From an uncultured delta proteobacterium (GTDB lineage Bacteria; Desulfobacterota; Desulfobacteria; Desulfobacterales; SpSt-501), in the NCBI GenBank assembly GCA_963716785.1, contig CAVQUW010000005.1, positions 1,699 through 65,698 of the forward strand: a DNA stretch of 64,000 bases. Reading direction: 5' to 3'. The notes under the pieces are model-generated. The model was given only the letters and a program-made list of their open reading frames with translations. It was not told the DNA's origin and made no database searches. Below are positions 61,787 to 64,000 of the stretch, piece by piece. The position numbers were made by a program, and so were the translations under genes. Position 1 is the stretch's first letter; the number at the start of each line of letters is the position of its first letter.

Positions 61787-63752
61787 CTACGGCTACGGCG
61801 AAGACACCCGCCAGGGAAAACCCTACGACCTCAAGCTGCTGCGGCGGCTTTACCCCTTTGCGCGGCCGCACCGCAAACTGGTGGGGTGGTCCGTCGCGCT
61901 GGTCCTTTTCATCACGCTCCTGGAGCTCGCCCTGCCGTACGCCACCAAGATCGCCATCGACCGCTACATCGTGCCGACGGGCAGCGCGGCGGCCGGCGCC
62001 CCCGGGGCGACGGTCGCGGGCCGACACCTGGAAGTGGATCTCTCCGATCCGAAGGCCGCCGCCGTCATCGAGCAACGGGGACTGCCGACGGTCGTCGCGG
62101 GCCGCACGGCGCAGGTGCCCTACGCAGGGCTCTCGAGGCTTGAACCGCAGGAGCTGGCCGCACTGCGTGCCAAGGACCTGGCGGGTCTCGCGGCCCTGAC
62201 CGCGCTCTTTCTGGTCTTGGTGTTGGCCGACTTCGGGCTGAACCTGGCCCAGGCCGTGGTCATGGAGACCACGGGCCAGCGGATCATGCACGACCTGCGC
62301 ACCCGGCTCTTCGACCACGTCCAGGGTCTGTCGATGGAATATTTCACCCGCCAGCCCGTCGGCCGTCTGGTGACCCGCATGACCAGCGACGTGCAGAACA
62401 TGTACGAGCTGTTCACCTCCTTCGTCTCCTTTGTGTTCAAGGACCTGGCCCTGCTGGCCGGCATCGCCGGGGTGATGCTGGCCCTCGACTGGAGGCTCGC
62501 GCTGGTGACCTTCGGCGTGCTGCCGGCGGTGGTGGCCGCCTCCATCGTGTTTTCGCGGCGCGCCCGCGACATATTCCGCATCCTGCGCGTCCAGGTGGCC
62601 GAGATCAACACCCGCTTCGCCGAAACCGTCGGCGGCATGCGCGTCCTCCAACTCTTCCGCCGGGAGCGGGCCAACCACCTCCGGTTTTCCGCGCTCAACC
62701 ACGACAACTTTCTCGTCGGCATGCGCCAGATCCGGGTGCTGGCGGTGTTCATGCCGCTGATCGAGGTCCTGGCCTTCGCCGCCGTCGCCGTCATCATCTG
62801 GTACGGGGGCGGGCGGGTGCTCGATGAAGCGCTCAGTCTCGGGGCGCTGGTGGCGTTCATCGCCTACATCCGCATGTTCTTCCGGCCCCTGCGGGACCTG
62901 GCCGAGAAATACAACATCCTTCAGAACGCCATGGCATCGGCCGAACGGATCTTCATGGTCCTCGACGATACCACCGTGCTGCCGCAGCCGACGCGCGACC
63001 CCTCCGCCCCGCCCCCGGACCTGGTCGCCATCGAGCAGCTGCGCTTCGAGCAGGTCGATTTCAGCTATGTGCCCGGGGAACCGGTCCTGGAAGGCGTCTG
63101 TTTCGAGATCCGCAAAGGCGAGGCCGTGGCGGTGGTGGGACCCACGGGGGCGGGCAAGACGTCACTGATCAACCTGATCCCCCGGCTTTACGACCCCACG
63201 GCCGGGCGGGTGACGATCAACGGCCGGGACCTCAGGGAGTACCCGAGCGCGGTGTTCCGCGACCGCATGGCCCTGGTCATGCAGGACCCCCTGCTGTTTG
63301 CGGGCACCATCGGCGACAACATCTTCTCCGGTGAGGCGCCCGCGGGAAAGCGGCAAATCGAGGAGGTCATCGCCGCCGCCGACCTGCGGCCGCTGTTGAG
63401 CAGACTCCCGCGGGGCCTGGACACCGTCCTCGGCGAAGGCGGCGGGTCGATTTCGAGCGGCGAGCGCCAGCTCATCGCCATTGCCCGGGCATTTGCCCGC
63501 AACCCGCAGCTGATCCTGTTCGACGAGGCCACCTCCTACATCGACTCCCAGACGGAAATGCGGGTCCAGCGGGCCTTGGAGCGCCTGCTGCGGCAGCGCA
63601 CCGCGCTGATCGTCGCCCATCGCCTGTCGACCATCCGCGGCGCCGATCGCATCCTGGTCCTCAACCGGGGACGGGTGGTCGAGTCCGGCACCCATGCGGC
63701 CCTCATGCAGCGCCGCGGCCTTTACTACCGTCTCCACCAGCTGCAGGCTTAG
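61776..63752 (+). CDS. ABC exporter, fused permease and ATPase (half-transporter 2)
   Basis: 658 aa, intact. Walker [10 protein letters not shown], signature [13 protein letters not shown], Walker [10 protein letters not shown]. It overlaps gene 1 by 11 nt. There is a long insert after TM1. Confidence 0.9.
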   Translation: MRSDYGYGEDTRQGKPYDLKLLRRLYPFARPHRKLVGWSVALVLFITLLELALPYATKIAIDRYIVPTGSAAAGAPGATVAGRHLEVDLSDPKAAAVIEQRGLPTVVAGRTAQVPYAGLSRLEPQELAALRAKDLAGLAALTALFLVLVLADFGLNLAQAVVMETTGQRIMHDLRTRLFDHVQGLSMEYFTRQPVGRLVTRMTSDVQNMYELFTSFVSFVFKDLALLAGIAGVMLALDWRLALVTFGVLPAVVAASIVFSRRARDIFRILRVQVAEINTRFAETVGGMRVLQLFRRERANHLRFSALNHDNFLVGMRQIRVLAVFMPLIEVLAFAAVAVIIWYGGGRVLDEALSLGALVAFIAYIRMFFRPLRDLAEKYNILQNAMASAERIFMVLDDTTVLPQPTRDPSAPPPDLVAIEQLRFEQVDFSYVPGEPVLEGVCFEIRKGEAVAVVGPTGAGKTSLINLIPRLYDPTAGRVTINGRDLREYPSAVFRDRMALVMQDPLLFAGTIGDNIFSGEAPAGKRQIEEVIAAADLRPLLSRLPRGLDTVLGEGGGSISSGERQLIAIARAFARNPQLILFDEATSYIDSQTEMRVQRALERLLRQRTALIVAHRLSTIRGADRILVLNRGRVVESGTHAALMQRRGLYYRLHQLQA

Positions 63753-63778
63753 CCCGCACGGCCTCGGCAATAATTTGC

Positions 63779-63807
63779 TTGCCAAACCGGGGTGCGGATG
63801 GTATGAG
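63779..63807 (+). promoter_or_regulatory. Sigma-70-like promoter (TTGCCA-17 nt-TATGAG) upstream of fhs
   Basis: Read directly from the sequence. It is followed by an AT-rich leader and a strong Shine-Dalgarno, AAGGAGG (63864-63870). Confidence 0.35.
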
Positions 63808-63879
63808 TTTTTTTTAAAATTTTATCAACAAATTGAGCTGGTTTTTCAACCAATACAAACCAAAAGGAGGATTGGACCG

Positions 63880-64000
63880 ATGCCGTACGATGCGACTAAG
63901 ATGGCCGACTGGCAGATTTCGGAAGCCGCCGAGAAGAACATGCCGACGCCCGAGCAGTTCCGGGAAAAACTGGGGTTGCAGCCGGATGAGATCCTGCCGA
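63880..64000 (+). CDS. fhs: Formate-tetrahydrofolate ligase (first 40 codons; continues beyond the right edge)
   Basis: [40 protein letters not shown] matches the Fhs N-terminal pattern (DxxIxxxAxxxPIxxxAxxLGxxxDEL). Confidence 0.7.
   Translation, partial: MPYDATKMADWQISEAAEKNMPTPEQFREKLGLQPDEILP

Overview
This is a high-GC window (about two thirds G+C by eye) of bacterial chromosome. The gene content suggests an anaerobic Desulfobacterota-type organism, but that is inference only. The window is densely packed with about 45 protein-coding genes on both strands.

Housekeeping genes: mutM, purB, a split purH, recD2, trmO, murJ, glgA, nifU/nifS, fhs, an RNase II-family nuclease and a YbaK-type deacylase.

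Metabolism: acyl-CoA dehydrogenase, acetoacetyl-CoA synthetase, threonine aldolase and a 2-hydroxyacid dehydrogenase.

Envelope and lipid genes: an AsmA-like giant protein, an ExeA/GspB pair, a tandem CDP-alcohol phosphatidyltransferase, GDPD, two ICMT-family methyltransferases, an MFS transporter and two ABC exporter genes.

Signalling: a sensor-less sigma-54 activator, an HD-GYP protein, an HDOD-GGDEF-REC protein and a TetR regulator.

I found no rRNA, tRNA, CRISPR array, transposase, integrase or phage gene.

The observations most worth a second look are:
1. A lower-GC 2.2-kb cassette carrying only an HDOD-GGDEF-REC gene. It is bracketed by 301-bp near-identical direct repeats that duplicate the convergent 3' ends of glgA and a rhodanese gene.
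2. At least 14 single-base reading-frame breaks in conserved or essential genes. The four I could pin to a base sit at homopolymers, and a fifth is bracketed to a short interval containing two homopolymers. This points to sequencing indels rather than real pseudogenes.
3. A NifS-like protein lacking the PLP Schiff-base lysine.
4. An exported FN3 / DUF4384 / TPR-CHAT (caspase-like) three-gene module.
5. Two radical-SAM genes, each next to a small Cys-rich protein.
6. A sensor-less sigma-54 activator downstream of two uncharacterised membrane proteins.
7. A family of nested-palindrome REP/MITE-like intergenic repeats, plus short tandem octamer and heptamer repeats abutting start codons.

Many long ORFs in the six-frame track are antisense or out-of-frame artefacts of the high GC content, and I have not called them.
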